Below, piece after piece: positions 31,019 through 42,477 of a DNA stretch of 64,000 bases (within the stretch, counting starts at the first letter, position 1; each line of letters starts with the position of its first letter). Both the position numbers and the translations under genes were made by a program. The notes under the pieces are model-generated. The model saw nothing but the letters and a program-made list of their open reading frames with translations. It had not been told where the DNA came from and ran no database searches. Source of the DNA: Escherichia coli (GTDB taxonomy: Bacteria > Pseudomonadota > Gammaproteobacteria > Enterobacterales > Enterobacteriaceae); the NCBI RefSeq assembly GCF_003991155.1, contig NZ_CP031295.1; one strand, written 5' to 3'.

Positions 31019-31297
31019 GAGAGGTGCCCGACGCGCGAACGTCCGCCGCAGATTATCGCAGCCCTGAATAAGGCAGGGCTGTCCGGTGCCGCACGGGACG
31101 CGGAGAAGATGAAGAAAGGTGATGCGGCTGAACATGCAGAGCACCATATGAAAGACAACCGCTGGGTGCCTGGCTGGATGTGTGCACCACATCCACAGAC
31201 GGATACCACTGAACGCACCGATAACCTGGCTGATGCCGCCTGATAAACAACCACACCGCCCCGCCGGAGACGGGGCGGCAGCAAGGGAGATACCGTG

Positions 31298-31732
31298 ATG
31301 AAAACTGAACTGACCCTGAATGTATTACAGACCATGAGCGCACAGGAATATGAAGATATCCGGGCAGCCGGAAGTGATGAACGTCGTGAGCTGACACACG
31401 CCGTGATGCGGGAACTGGATGCGCCGGACAACTGGACGATGAACGGCGAGTACGGCAGCGAGTTTGGCGGATTTTTCCCCGTCCAGGTCCGTTTCACGCC
31501 TGCCCACGAACGTTTCCACCTGGCGTTATGTTCACCGGGCGATGTCTCTCAGGTCTGGGTGCTGGTTCTGGTGAATGCCGGTGGTGAGCCGTTTGCGGTG
31601 GTTCAGGTACAGCGGCGGTTTGCACCGGAAGCCGTCAGCCATTCACTGGCACTGGCGGCGTCACTGGACGCGCAGGGGTACAGCGTCAGTGACATCATCC
31701 ATATCCTGATGGCGGAAGGAGGTCAGGCATGA
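31298..31732 (+). CDS. psiB: Plasmid SOS inhibition protein PsiB
   Basis: [73 protein letters not shown]... matches remembered F PsiB. Confidence 0.92.
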
Positions 31733-32445
31733 GCGCACGTTCACAGGCACTGGTTCCTCTCAGCACAGAGCAACAGGCCGCATGGCGGGCGGTGGCGGAG
31801 ACCGAAAAACGCCGCCATCAGGGTAACACGCTGGCTGAATATCCGTATGCGGGGGCGTTTTTCCGCTGTCTGAACGGAAGCCGCAGGATATCGCTGTCTG
31901 ACCTGCGATTTTTCATGCCGTCCCTGACCGCAGAAGAACTGCACGGCAACCGTCTTCAGTGGCTGTATGCCATCGATGTGCTGATTGAAACACAGGGCGA
32001 GGTTGCCTCCTTCCCCTCCGGTGATGCAGCAGAGCGCTTGTTCCCGTCGGTGCGGTTTCGTGTCAGGGAACGCAGTCGCCATAAATCCGCGCTGGTCATG
32101 CAGAAGTACAGCCGCCAGCAGGCGAGGGAGGCAGAGCAGAAAGCCCGTGCGTACCAGGCGCTGGTCGCTCAGGCTGAAATCGAACTGGCATTCCATTCGC
32201 CGGAAACAGTCGGAAGCTGGCATGCACGCTGGAGTGACCGGGTGGCAGAGCATGACCTGGAAACCCTGTTCTGGCAGTGGGGCGAGCGTTTTCCGTCACT
32301 GGCCGGAATGGAACGCTGGCAGTGGCAGGATATGCCATTCTGGCAGGTCATCGCAGAGGCTGGTATGGCGGCAAGGGTGGTCGGTCATGCTGTTCGTGAG
32401 ATGGAGCGGTGGATGGTGCCGAACAAACTCCGGGAGGCAGCGTGA
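31729..32445 (+). CDS. psiA: Plasmid SOS inhibition protein PsiA
   Basis: 238-aa ORF overlapping psiB stop, canonical psiB-psiA pair. Confidence 0.88.
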
Positions 32446-32629
32446 TGCGGCAACAATCACACGGATTTCCCGTGAACGGTCTGAATGAGCGGATTATTTT
32501 CAGGGAAAGTGAGTGTGGTCAGCGTGCAGGTATATGGGCTATGATGTGCCCGGCGCTTGAGGCTTTCTGCCTCATGACGTGAAGGTGGTTTGTTGCCGTG
32601 TTGTGTGGCAGAAAGAAGATAGCCCCGTA

Positions 32630-32700
32630 GTAAGTTAATTTTCATTAACCACCACGAGGCATCCCTATGTCTAGTCCACATCAGGATAGCCTCTTACCGC
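32630..32700 (-). ncRNA. sok: Sok/FlmB-type antisense RNA (approximate position)
   Basis: Inferred from hok/mok arrangement; antisense to the mok start/hok leader; boundaries not determined from sequence. Confidence 0.3.
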
Positions 32701-32879
32701 GCTTTGCGCAAGGAGAAGAAGGCCATGAAACTACCACGAAGTTCCCTTGTCTGGTGTGTGTTGATCGTGTGTCTCACACTGTTGATATTCACTTATCTGA
32801 CACGAAAATCGCTGTGCGAGATTCGTTACAGAGACGGACACAGGGAGGTGGCGGCTTTCATGGCTTACGAATCCGGTAA
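32667..32879 (+). CDS. mok: Mok/FlmC-type overlapping reading frame
   Basis: 70-aa ORF overlapping hok in another frame, ending just after hok stop. Confidence 0.5.
   Translation: MSSPHQDSLLPRFAQGEEGHETTTKFPCLVCVDRVSHTVDIHLSDTKIAVRDSLQRRTQGGGGFHGLRIR
32716..32874 (+). CDS. hok: Hok/FlmA-family host-killing toxin
   Basis: 52 aa [52 protein letters not shown]; single TM helix; followed by GC-rich 3' hairpins (GGCGGGCGCAGGCCCGCC). Confidence 0.9.
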
Positions 32880-33429
32880 GTAGCAACCTGGAGGCGGGCG
32901 CAGGCCCGCCTTTTCAGGACTGATGCTGGTCTGACTACTGAAGCGCCTTTATAAAGGGGCTGCTGGTTCGCCGGTAGCCCCTTTCTCCTTGCTGATGTTG
33001 TACGGGCATGAACAACCTGACTTCAGGAAGGTCGTTTCCCTTCAGGAACGGGGATGAACGCGCGCCTGCGGCGCCCGTTCTTTTCCCCCGCCTTCTCTGG
33101 TTATGGCCTGTCAGAAATCACATCACCTTCCCTGTGATTATTCTCTTTTTCTTCCTGCTCTGATTCTGACTACTGCAGTGTTGTCCTGTCTGCCGGGCGT
33201 ACCTTCGGCTCCCGGCTGCCTGGCGGCATCCGGTCGTCAGGCCCGACTCCGACAGGCAGCTGCTGGCGCACCTGCCAGTCTCCGCCGAACCCGCTGGCGC
33301 GGTTTCGGGCTGTCGCTACGGTCCGATGCGTGAAAACCCCTGGCTTGCAGCGACCGTTCCGGTCGCGCCGCCTCTGTCGCGCCGTGACCTGCGCTCCCGG
33401 CATCCCGGCAAAAGGCGCCGGGATGTAAG

Positions 33430-33783
33430 GCGCAACGCCGTTTCGCAAACCGCGCTTCACGTCGTTGCGGCGGGTCCCTGCCCGTTGTTGTGTCCGGTGC
33501 CATTCACCAGTTTAAGCCCCTGTCGCCGGGGGCATAGACAGCCACAACCGTCTCCGCCAGTCCAGGGGTGAAATGCACATCCCGCAAAACTTTTTGCCCA
33601 GAAGCAGGCAAAAACTTTTGCGGTCTGCCCCCGGACAGTCGTTTCCGGCCGTGGCAGTGATGCCCCATGCGGCGAAGGTTCTCAAACAGGTGATGGTGAA
33701 TACCGGAGGGAACAAAAGGCAGGTCCCCGCAAAACGTCAAAACCGCGGCTCCCGAAACTCAACAGATGATGGGGGCTGAAAAC
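33430..33783 (+). promoter_or_regulatory. Frpo-like leading-region repeat, copy 2 (hairpin right arm replaced)
   Basis: Homologous to 29805..30167 but AACTTTTGCGG is followed by TCTGCCCCC instead of GATGTACATTTCACCCCC; ends 20 bp before the ATG at 33804. Confidence 0.6.
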
Positions 33784-33803
33784 CAGAGAGAGGAGAAAGC
33801 AGG

Positions 33804-34091
33804 ATGAGTACCCGAAATATCCACGTTAACACCGCGTCGTACACGCTTCTTGTTGCCGGGAAGAAAAAAAACACCGGGGAAGAGTGGGACGTCCTGGAAT
33901 TCAGCAGCCTGACTGAGCTGAAAAAATATCGCAAAAGCCACCCGGAAAAGATGGCCTTCAGTTATAGCTACGCGCTCAGTCAGGGTGTGGATAAGCAGTT
34001 CCGCCATATCAACATTGCGGAAGCCGATCACTTCAAACAGTTCCTGCGTCAGATTAAGCGTGCCGGCCTCGATATCCGGGCGATCTGCTGA
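33804..34091 (+). CDS. Leading-region hypothetical protein (YubO-like, 95 aa)
   Basis: ORF with GGAGAAAGCAGG RBS region directly after Frpo-like copy 2. Confidence 0.5.
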   Translation: MSTRNIHVNTASYTLLVAGKKKNTGEEWDVLEFSSLTELKKYRKSHPEKMAFSYSYALSQGVDKQFRHINIAEADHFKQFLRQIKRAGLDIRAIC

Positions 34092-34207
34092 CCGGATGTG
34101 ATGAATATCCCTCCTGATTGTTGCAATCTTGTTAATGGAGATCGGGGGGATGATATTAAGCGGAAAAATTTTTTATTAAATTTATTCTTTCATAAAGGAG
34201 TAGCTGT

Positions 34208-35030
34208 TATGCGATTAGCTTCCCGTTTTGGTCGGTATAATTCCATCCGCCGTGAACGTCCTTTAACGGATGATGAATTAATGCAGTTCGTGCCTTCGGT
34301 ATTTTCCGGTGATAAACATGAGTCCCGGAGTGAACGTTATACGTATATTCCAACAATCAATATCATCAATAAGTTACGTGATGAAGGTTTCCAGCCATTC
34401 TTTGCCTGTCAGAGTCGGATTCGTGATTTGGGACGTCGCGAATACAGTAAACATATGTTACGTCTTCGCAGGGAAGGGCATATTAACGGACAGGAAGTTC
34501 CTGAAATTATCCTGCTTAATTCACATGATGGTTCATCCAGTTATCAGATGATCCCCGGAATTTTTCGTTTTGTCTGCACAAATGGCCTGGTGTGCGGAAA
34601 TAATTTTGGCGAAATCCGCGTTCCACATAAAGGTGATATTGTCGGGCAGGTTATCGAGGGAGCGTATGAAGTGCTCGGTGTCTTTGATAAGGTCACTGAT
34701 AATATGGAGGCGATGAAAGAAATTCATCTTAACAGTGACGAGCAACATTTATTTGGCAGAGCTGCACTGATGGTCAGGTATGAAGATGAAAATAAAACGC
34801 CAGTGACACCTGAACAGATAATTACTCCCCGTCGTCGGGAAGACAAACAGAACGATCTCTGGACAACCTGGCAGCGGGTTCAGGAGAATATGATAAAAGG
34901 TGGATTATCGGGGCGAAGTGCCTCCGGGAAAAATACCAGGACAAGAGCCATTACAGGTATTGATGGTGATATAAGAATCAACAAGGCGTTATGGGTGATT
35001 GCCGAACAGTTCAGAAAGTGGAAGTCATGA
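34208..35030 (+). CDS. Leading-region DUF932-like protein (YubP-like, ~273 aa)
   Basis: ORF 34098..35030; start placed at MRLASRFGRYNSIRRERPLTDDELMQFVP... (ATG 34208, GGAG upstream); conserved leading-region family by recollection. Confidence 0.5.
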
Positions 35031-35326
35031 TAATATAAGTAAAGCCCCGAAAAAATTTTCGGGGCTTTACTTATATTATCATTTTTCGGCATTGCTGTGT
35101 CGTCTGATATACCTCAATTTCATCAACCGGATTTCCGGTTGTCTGTAAATATTGTGCCCGCGAAAAATGGTCTGGCAGGAGGCTGCACAGTTACCGGGTA
35201 TATATAAGATGGGTTCCCGCTTCGCGGGGCTTCGGCCAGTCAGTATTGTCACTCATATGATATTTTTGTGTGTGGCCTTCCATGCCGCTTTTGCGGCATA
35301 ACCGGTATCTGACAATGTCTGTAAGA

Positions 35327-35839
35327 TTAATTGTTCTGCACGCTGTTAATTTCCGGAAGTGATTTCTTCGTGGCCGGAAGTCGGATACCTTTACTGCTTT
35401 TTATCCCAGTATAAATCCGGTAAACATCTGATGCGTAGGCAAGACGTCTCTGGTTCTGGCGTTCGGTTTTCCTGAATCCGGCATTGTATGCACCAACGGC
35501 CTCCCAGGTGACGCCCCATTTTTTAAATGCTATTGCCAGATAATAAGCACCGGTATAAATGTTCATGCAGGGATCTGTTGTCAGATGTTCTGGCTTAATT
35601 CCGTAGCGGGCCAGTTCGTTAAAATGCTGGGAATCTACCTGCATCAGTCCGCTGCCATATCCCGTTACCGGATTAATACCGATGGCATTAACCCGGTAAC
35701 GGGATTCTTGCCATGATATTGCTCTCAGTAAATCAGGATCTATTTTGTAATCCCGGCCTGCAAGATCAAAGCAATCAGTGGCCTGGCAGATCTCATTTAT
35801 AAACATCAGGCAGATGGCTAACATCCATTTTTTCATTTT
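35327..35839 (-). CDS. Lytic transglycosylase of the transfer region (orf169 / gene X)
   Basis: ORF 35327..35929; start at [19 protein letters not shown] (signal peptide) gives 169 aa; SLT-domain motifs (…[14 protein letters not shown]…, GLMQV, AYNAG). Confidence 0.8.
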   Translation of the reverse strand, partial: KMKKWMLAICLMFINEICQATDCFDLAGRDYKIDPDLLRAISWQESRYRVNAIGINPVTGYGSGLMQVDSQHFNELARYGIKPEHLTTDPCMNIYTGAYYLAIAFKKWGVTWEAVGAYNAGFRKTERQNQRRLAYASDVYRIYTGIKSSKGIRLPATKKSLPEINSVQNN

Positions 35840-35859
35840 TCCACCTCTGGTGACTTTAT

Positions 35860-36245
35860 CCGTAAATAATTTAACCCACTCCACAAAAAGGCTCAACAGG
35901 TTGGTGGTTCTCACCACCAAAAGCACCACACCCCACGCAAAAACAAGTTTTTGCTGATTTTTCTTTATAAATAGAGAGTTATGACAAATTAGTTCTTCTT
36001 GCTCTCTTTGTGATATTTAAAAAAGCGGTGTTGGCGCAGCTACAACACCGCGCCGACACCGCTTTTTAGGGGTGGTACTGACTATTTTCATAAAAAACAT
36101 CATCTTATATTAGGGGTGCTGCTAGCGGCGCGGTGTGTTTTTTTACAGGACGCCCCTGGGGGCGCTGCTAGCGGTGCGTCCCTGTTTGCATTATGAATTT
36201 TAGTGTTTCGAAATTAACTTTATTTTATGTTCAAAAAAGGTAATC
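35860..36245. other. oriT: oriT (origin of transfer) with nic site on the minus strand between 35927 and 35928, TraM binding sites and traM promoter
   Basis: Reverse complement of 35890..35945 is ...GCGTGGGGTGT/GGTGCTTTTGGTGGTGAGAACCACCAACCTGTTGAGCC, the F nic region; GCTGCTAGCGGCGCGGTG / GCTGCTAGCGGTGCGTCC repeats (sbm-type TraM sites) at ~36110-36190. Confidence 0.85.
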
Positions 36246-36249
36246 TCTA

Positions 36250-36633
36250 ATGGCTAAGGTGAACCTGTATATCAGCAATGATGCCTATGAAAAAATAAAT
36301 GCGATTATTGAGAAGCGTCGACAGGAAGGGGCAAGGGAAAAAGATGTCAGTTTTTCAGCAACAGCTTCAATGCTTCTTGAACTGGGGCTTCGTGTACATG
36401 AGGCTCAGATGGAGCGTAAAGAGTCTGCATTTAATCAGACTGAGTTTAATAAATTGCTTCTTGAATGCGTTGTAAAAACACAATCATCAGTAGCGAAAAT
36501 TTTGGGTATTGAGTCTCTCAGTCCTCATGTCTCCGGAAATCCAAAGTTTGAATATGCCAATATGGTTGAAGATATCAGGGAGAAGGTATCATCTGAGATG
36601 GAACGATTTTTTCCAAAAAATGATGATGAATAA
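36250..36633 (+). CDS. traM: Relaxosome/signalling protein TraM
   Basis: 127-aa ORF MAKVNLYISNDAYEKINAIIEKRRQEGAREKDVSFSATASMLLELGLRV... Confidence 0.92.
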   Translation: MAKVNLYISNDAYEKINAIIEKRRQEGAREKDVSFSATASMLLELGLRVHEAQMERKESAFNQTEFNKLLLECVVKTQSSVAKILGIESLSPHVSGNPKFEYANMVEDIREKVSSEMERFFPKNDDE

Positions 36634-36744
36634 AAGAAATTTGACTTCGTTCAAATATCAGAGTTTTTATGATTTAAAAAGGTGACAGTACGAAAGATAA
36701 TTAGTATATTAATTACGTGGTTAATGCCACGTTAAAATTTGAAT

Positions 36745-36823
36745 TTGAAAATCGCCGATGCAGGGAGTTCTCTCCTCCCTGCATCGACTGTCCATAGAAT
36801 CCTTTGTGAGGAGGTTCCTATGT
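36745..36823 (-). ncRNA. finP: FinP antisense RNA (approximate boundaries)
   Basis: traJ leader contains stem-loop CGATGCAGGGAG-ttctct-CTCCCTGCATCG (36755..36786) and RBS GAGGAGG; FinP is the complement, terminating at the A-run 36747-36750 on the plus strand. Confidence 0.5.
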
Positions 36824-37509
36824 ATCCGATGGATCGTATTCAACAAAAACATGCTCGTCAAATAGATCTGCTGGAAAATCTGACGGCAGTTATTCAGGAT
36901 TATCCAAATCCAGCCTGTATCAGGGACGAAACTGGAAAATTTATTTTTTGCAATACGCTGTTTCATGAGTCATTTCTTACACAAGATCAAAGTGCTGAAA
37001 AATGGCTTCTGTCGCAGAGAGATTTTTGTGAATTGATCTCTGTCACAGAGATGGAAGCATACAGGAATGAGCATACGCATCTTAATCTTGTAGAGGATGT
37101 TTTTATTCAGAACAGATTCTGGACAATATCTGTCCAGTCATTTCTTAATGGACACAGAAATATTATTCTGTGGCAATTTTATGATGCTGCTCATGTTCGT
37201 CATAAAGACAGTTATAATCAAAAAACGATTGTCAGTGATGATATCAGAAATATAATCAGAAGAATGAGTGATGATTCTTCTGTATCATCATATGTAAATG
37301 ATGTCTTTTACTTATATAGCACCGGAATCAGTCATAATGCTATAGCAAGAATATTAAATATATCCATCTCCACATCAAAGAAACACGCATCTCTGATATG
37401 CGACTACTTCTCTGTTTCTAATAAAGATGAGTTAATTATCTTACTCTACAATAAAAAGTTTATTTATTATTTATACGAGAAGGCTATGTGTATCATAAAT
37501 ACGCGTTAA
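36820..37509 (+). CDS. traJ: Transfer operon activator TraJ
   Basis: ORF 36739..37509; ATG 36820 preceded by GAGGAGG gives 229 aa MYPMDRIQQKHARQIDLLENLTAV... Confidence 0.88.
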   Translation: MYPMDRIQQKHARQIDLLENLTAVIQDYPNPACIRDETGKFIFCNTLFHESFLTQDQSAEKWLLSQRDFCELISVTEMEAYRNEHTHLNLVEDVFIQNRFWTISVQSFLNGHRNIILWQFYDAAHVRHKDSYNQKTIVSDDIRNIIRRMSDDSSVSSYVNDVFYLYSTGISHNAIARILNISISTSKKHASLICDYFSVSNKDELIILLYNKKFIYYLYEKAMCIINTR

Positions 37510-37601
37510 TAAGGTGTTAATAAAATATAGACTTTCCGTCTATTTACCTTTTCTGATTATTCTGTAAACATAAGTGGTAACCAGAAGATAAACAGCGGGA
37601 G

Positions 37602-38003
37602 GTGTTATTGAAAAGATTTGGTACACGTTCTGCAACAGGTAAGATGGTAAAACTAAAATTACCTGTAGATGTGGAAAGTCTATTAATTGAGGCAAGTAAC
37701 AGAAGCGGAAGAAGTCGATCGTTTGAGGCAGTAATAAGACTTAAAGATCATCTTCACCGCTATCCAAAGTTTAACAGGGCAGGGAATATCTATGGTAAGT
37801 CGCTGGTTAAGTATCTGACAATGCGTCTGGATGATGAAACTAACCAGCTACTTATTGCAGCCAAAAATCGTAGTGGATGGTGTAAAACAGATGAGGCTGC
37901 AGACAGAGTTATTGATCATTTGATCAAGTTTCCTGATTTTTATAACTCGGAGATATTCAGGGAGGCAGATAAAGAGGAAGATATAACATTTAATACACTC
38001 TAG
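37602..38003 (+). CDS. traY: oriT-binding relaxosome accessory protein TraY
   Basis: …KRFGTRSATGKMVKLKLPVDVESLLIEASNRSGRSRSFEAVIRLKDHL… duplicated ribbon-helix-helix; non-ATG start (GTG 37602 or TTG 37608). Confidence 0.85.
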   Translation: MLLKRFGTRSATGKMVKLKLPVDVESLLIEASNRSGRSRSFEAVIRLKDHLHRYPKFNRAGNIYGKSLVKYLTMRLDDETNQLLIAAKNRSGWCKTDEAADRVIDHLIKFPDFYNSEIFREADKEEDITFNTL

Positions 38004-38035
38004 TTTTATTCATTTATCCGAAATTGAGGTAACTT

Positions 38036-38404
38036 ATGAATGCTGTTTTAAGTGTTCAGGGTGCTTCTGCGCCCGTCAAAAAGAAGTCGTTTTTTTCTAA
38101 ATTCACTCGTCTGAATATGCTTCGCCTGGCTCGCGCAGTGATCCCGGCTGCTGTTCTGATGATGTTCTTCCCGCAGCTGGCGATGGCCGCCGGCAGCAGT
38201 GGTCAGGACCTGATGGCAAGCGGTAACACCACGGTTAAGGCGACCTTCGGTAAGGACTCCAGTGTTGTTAAATGGGTTGTTCTGGCTGAAGTTCTGGTCG
38301 GTGCTGTCATGTACATGATGACCAAAAACGTCAAGTTCCTGGCCGGTTTTGCCATCATCTCTGTATTTATTGCTGTGGGTATGGCCGTCGTTGGCCTGAA
38401 ATAA
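38036..38404 (+). CDS. traA: F-pilin precursor TraA
   Basis: 122-aa [54 protein letters not shown] / [70 protein letters not shown]. Confidence 0.95.
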
Positions 38405-38408
38405 AACG

Positions 38409-38720
38409 ATGTCGGGAGACGAGAATAAACTTAAGAAATATCGTTTCCCGGAAACACTGACCAACCAGAGCCGCTGGTTTGGCCTGCCACTGGATGAACT
38501 GATCCCCGCAGCAATCTGTATTGGCTGGGGTATCACAACATCGAAATATCTGTTCGGTATTGGTGCAGCGGTTCTGGTTTATTTCGGGATTAAAAAACTG
38601 AAAAAAGGGCGGGGCAGTTCCTGGTTACGTGACCTGATTTACTGGTATATGCCAACAGCCCTGCTGCGCGGTATTTTTCATAATGTTCCCGATTCGTGTT
38701 TCCGGCAGTGGATTAAATAG
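38409..38720 (+). CDS. traL: Pilus assembly protein TraL
   Basis: 103-aa ORF following traA. Confidence 0.85.
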
Positions 38721-38741
38721 AACTGATACCAGGATTGTTAT

Positions 38742-39308
38742 ATGGAACACGGTGCCCGTTTAAGTACCAGTCGTGTAATGGCCATCGCCTTTATATTTAT
38801 GTCAGTGCTTATTGTTCTCAGCCTCTCTGTTAACGTCATTCAGGGGGTGAATAACTACCGTCTTCAGAATGAGCAACGCACTGCCGTGACGCCAATGGCA
38901 TTTAATGCCCCCTTTGCCGTGTCACAGAACAGTGCCGACGCCTCTTATTTACAGCAGATGGCGCTGTCATTTATTGCCCTCCGTCTGAATGTTTCATCAG
39001 AAACCGTCGATGCCTCACATCAGGCGCTTCTGCAATATATCCGCCCGGGCGCACAGAACCAGATGAAAGTTATTCTGGCTGAAGAAGCGAAGCGTATTAA
39101 AAACGATAACGTGAACTCAGCCTTTTTCCAGACCAGTGTTCGTGTCTGGCCTCAGTATGGCCGTGTGGAAATTCGAGGTGTGCTTAAAACCTGGATTGGT
39201 GATTCAAAACCTTTCACTGATATCAAACATTACATCCTTATTCTGAAGCGGGAAAACGGGGTGACCTGGCTGGATAATTTCGGGGAAACAGACGATGAGA
39301 AAAAATAA
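38742..39308 (+). CDS. traE: Pilus assembly protein TraE
   Basis: 188-aa ORF with N-terminal TM segment. Confidence 0.88.
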   Translation: MEHGARLSTSRVMAIAFIFMSVLIVLSLSVNVIQGVNNYRLQNEQRTAVTPMAFNAPFAVSQNSADASYLQQMALSFIALRLNVSSETVDASHQALLQYIRPGAQNQMKVILAEEAKRIKNDNVNSAFFQTSVRVWPQYGRVEIRGVLKTWIGDSKPFTDIKHYILILKRENGVTWLDNFGETDDEKK

Positions 39309-40023
39309 TACGGCAATAATATTCGGCAGCCTGTTTTTTTCCTGCAGCGTGATGGCCGCAAACGGTACGCTGGCCCCCACCGTGGTGCCAATGGTGAACG
39401 GTGGTCAGGCCAGTATTGCCATCAGCAATACCAGCCCGAATCTGTTTACCGTTCCCGGTGACCGGATTATCGCCGTGAACAGTCTGGATGGTGCCCTGAC
39501 CAATAATGAGCAGACCGCCTCCGGCGGTGTGGTGGTTGCCACCGTCAACAAAAAGCCCTTTACGTTCATTCTGGAAACAGAACGTGGTCTGAATCTTTCC
39601 ATTCAGGCCGTTCCCCGTGAAGGCGCGGGGCGTACCATTCAGCTGGTCAGTGACCTGCGCGGAACCGGAGAAGAAGCCGGTGCGTGGGAAACGTCCACGC
39701 CTTACGAATCCCTGCTTGTGACCATCAGCCAGGCCGTCCGTGGCGGAAAATTACCCGCAGGCTGGTATCAGGTCCCAGTGACAAAGGAAACCCTGCAGGC
39801 CCCGGCGGGGCTGTCTTCAGTGGCAGATGCCGTATGGACGGGGAATCACCTGAAGATGGTCCGCTTTGCCGTGGAAAATAAAACGCTGTCTGCCCTGAAT
39901 ATCCGGGAAAGTGACTTCTGGCAGCCGGGAACCCGTGCCGTGATGTTCAGCCAGCCTGCCAGCCAGTTACTGGCAGGTGCGCGCATGGATGTGTATGTCA
40001 TCCGTGACGGGGAGGGCAACTGA
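39295..40023 (+). CDS. traK: Secretin-like T4SS protein TraK
   Basis: 242-aa ORF with signal peptide. Confidence 0.88.
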   Translation: MRKNNTAIIFGSLFFSCSVMAANGTLAPTVVPMVNGGQASIAISNTSPNLFTVPGDRIIAVNSLDGALTNNEQTASGGVVVATVNKKPFTFILETERGLNLSIQAVPREGAGRTIQLVSDLRGTGEEAGAWETSTPYESLLVTISQAVRGGKLPAGWYQVPVTKETLQAPAGLSSVADAVWTGNHLKMVRFAVENKTLSALNIRESDFWQPGTRAVMFSQPASQLLAGARMDVYVIRDGEGN

Positions 40024-41450
40024 TGGCCAGTATCAATACCATTGTGAAACGCAAGCAGTACCTGTGGCTGGGGATTGTGGTTGTCGGTACAGCCTCCGCG
40101 ATTGGTGGGGCACTGTATCTGTCTGATGTGGACATGTCCGGTAACGGTGAAACCGTGGCTGAACAGGAGCCTGTGCCGGATATGACCGGTGTGGTGGATA
40201 CGACCTTTGATGACAAGGTGCGTCAGCATGCCACCACCGAGATGCAGGTGACGGCAGCGCAGATGCAGAAGCAGTATGAGGAAATCCGTCGTGAGCTGGA
40301 TGTTCTGAACAAACAGCGCGGTGATGACCAGCGTCGTATTGAAAAGTTGGGACAGGACAATGCCGCCCTGGCAGAGCAGGTAAAAGCCCTGGGTGCTAAT
40401 CCCGTCACGGCGACCGGTGAGCCTGTACCGCAGATGCCTGCCTCACCGCCCGGCCCGGAAGGCGAACCACAGCCAGGAAACACCCCCGTATCCTTCCCGC
40501 CGCAGGGCAGCGTTGCTGTTCCACCGCCGACGGCGTTTTATCCCGGGAATGGTGTCACGCCACCACCACAGGTGACGTACCAGTCTGTGCCGGTGCCTAA
40601 CCGGATACAGCGTAAGGTGTTTACCCGTAATGAGGGAAAACAGGGACCATCACTGCCGTACATTCCGTCAGGAAGTTTTGCGAAAGCCATGCTGATTGAA
40701 GGGGCGGATGCCAATGCCTCTGTCACCGGTAATGAATCCACGGTGCCGATGCAGCTGCGTATCACCGGCCTGGTGGAAATGCCGAACAGCAAGACGTATG
40801 ACGCAACGGGATGTTTTGTTGGTCTGGAAGCCTGGGGGGATGTGTCCAGTGAGCGTGCCATTGTACGTACCCGCAATATCAGCTGCCTGAAGGACGGCAA
40901 AACTATTGATATGCCGATTAAGGGGCATGTCAGCTTCCGGGGTAAAAACGGTATCAAGGGCGAAGTGGTGATGCGTAACGGCAAAATCCTCGGCTGGGCA
41001 TGGGGCGCGGGATTTGTTGACGGTATCGGTCAGGGAATGGAGCGCGCCTCCCAGCCGGCTGTCGGGCTGGGTGCCACTGCTGCTTACGGGGCCGGCGATG
41101 TCCTTAAAATGGGTATCGGTGGCGGCGCATCGAAAGCCGCACAGACGCTCAGTGACTACTACATCAAACGTGCCGAACAGTATCACCCGGTGATACCGAT
41201 TGGTGCGGGCAACGAAGTGACCGTGGTGTTCCAGGACGGCTTCCAGCTGAAAACCGTGGAAGAGATGGCGCTGGAACGCACGCAGAGCAGAGCGGAAGAA
41301 GACAATCCGGAAAGTCCGGTTCCTGTTCCGCCATCAGCTGAAAGTCATCTTAACGGCTTTAATACTGACCAGATGCTGAAGCAGCTGGGCAACCTGAATC
41401 CGCAGCAGTTTATGTCCGGCAGTCAGGGAGGGGGCAATGATGGCAAATAA
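40023..41450 (+). CDS. traB: T4SS core protein TraB (VirB10-like)
   Basis: 475-aa ORF with proline-rich region PVPQMPASPPGPEGEPQPGNTPVSFPPQG. Confidence 0.9.
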   Translation: MASINTIVKRKQYLWLGIVVVGTASAIGGALYLSDVDMSGNGETVAEQEPVPDMTGVVDTTFDDKVRQHATTEMQVTAAQMQKQYEEIRRELDVLNKQRGDDQRRIEKLGQDNAALAEQVKALGANPVTATGEPVPQMPASPPGPEGEPQPGNTPVSFPPQGSVAVPPPTAFYPGNGVTPPPQVTYQSVPVPNRIQRKVFTRNEGKQGPSLPYIPSGSFAKAMLIEGADANASVTGNESTVPMQLRITGLVEMPNSKTYDATGCFVGLEAWGDVSSERAIVRTRNISCLKDGKTIDMPIKGHVSFRGKNGIKGEVVMRNGKILGWAWGAGFVDGIGQGMERASQPAVGLGATAAYGAGDVLKMGIGGGASKAAQTLSDYYIKRAEQYHPVIPIGAGNEVTVVFQDGFQLKTVEEMALERTQSRAEEDNPESPVPVPPSAESHLNGFNTDQMLKQLGNLNPQQFMSGSQGGGNDGK

Positions 41451-42030
41451 TACGTCGTCCCGTCAGGCGGGCCATGCCGCCCGGTATGTTGTCGCCCGGG
41501 TTCTGCGAGGACTGTTCTGGTGTCTGAAGTACACCGTCATTCTGCCACTGGCCACAATGGCCCTGATGGCTCTGTTTGTTTTATGGAAGGACAACACCAC
41601 GCCGGGGAAATTACTGGTTAAGGAGATTAACTTCGTAAGACAAACAGCACCTGCCGGACAGTTCCCGGTCAGTGAATGCTGGTTTTCTTCCTCTGATTCT
41701 TCAGGCAGATCAGAAATACAGGATATCTGCCATTACCGCGCGGCTGATGCTGCAGATTATGTCAGGGAGACTGACCGGTCACTGATGCAACTGGTCACCG
41801 CATTATGGGCAACACTGGCACTGATGTATGTCTCGCTGGCAGCGATCACCGGGAAATATCCGGTGCGACCCGGAAAAATGAAATGTATCCGGGTGGTAAC
41901 CGCAGATGAACATCTGAAGGAAGTTTATACGGAAGACGCTTCCCTGCCGGGAAAAATCAGGAAATGCCCTGTTTATCTTCCTGATGACAGAACAAACAGA
42001 AACAACGGAGATAAAAATGAACATGCGTAA
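41437..42030 (+). CDS. traP: TraP
   Basis: 197-aa membrane ORF in conserved position. Confidence 0.8.
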   Translation: MMANNTSSRQAGHAARYVVARVLRGLFWCLKYTVILPLATMALMALFVLWKDNTTPGKLLVKEINFVRQTAPAGQFPVSECWFSSSDSSGRSEIQDICHYRAADAADYVRETDRSLMQLVTALWATLALMYVSLAAITGKYPVRPGKMKCIRVVTADEHLKEVYTEDASLPGKIRKCPVYLPDDRTNRNNGDKNEHA

Positions 42031-42214
42031 TATTAATGTTATTACAGCCCTCTCTGTGCCGGGTAAAACCGTGTCAGATGATTTTATGCATGCTGTTCTC
42101 AGTAACTGCGCCACAAGAATCGTACTTCCTGCACCGGAGAAATTCGGTTCTGAGTCATTGCCGGACAATTTTAATATGACTGCTGTCGGTGTGATGAAGA
42201 ATTCAGAAATATAA
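42017..42214 (+). CDS. trbD: TrbD
   Basis: ORF 41984..42214; 65 aa from MNMRNINVITALSVPGKTVSDDFMHAVL... Confidence 0.6.
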   Translation: MNMRNINVITALSVPGKTVSDDFMHAVLSNCATRIVLPAPEKFGSESLPDNFNMTAVGVMKNSEI

Positions 42215-42225
42215 GGAACCCTTCG

Positions 42226-42477
42226 ATGAATAAGCTGGTTTCTGATGGCAGCGTCAAAAAAATAAATTATCCGGTGCTGTATGAGTCCGGAATAACACCT
42301 CCGTTATGTGAAGTCAGTGCACCAGAACCTGATGCGGGTGGGAAACGCATTGTGGCATATGTTTATAAATCATCACGGAGTACGGTTTTTGAAAATCCTG
42401 ACATTGTAAAAACCTGTACGGTCAGGGATTTGAAGAAGGATTTTGTGAACTGCGATGAGAAAGGTGAGGGACAATGA
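42226..42477 (+). CDS. trbG: TrbG
   Basis: 83-aa ORF in conserved position. Confidence 0.7.
   Translation: MNKLVSDGSVKKINYPVLYESGITPPLCEVSAPEPDAGGKRIVAYVYKSSRSTVFENPDIVKTCTVRDLKKDFVNCDEKGEGQ

Noticed and set aside
31109..31246. 45-codon ORF (MKKGDAAEHAEHHMKDNRWVPGWMCAPHPQTDTTERTDNLADAA) between the yubL-like gene and psiB
   Set aside because: Below any size I can support without conservation evidence; noted only as a candidate small protein.
33103..33503. Several overlapping 76-96 aa ORFs upstream of Frpo-like copy 2
   Set aside because: GC-rich non-coding DNA produces open frames on both strands; they overlap mutually and the hok mRNA 3' structures.
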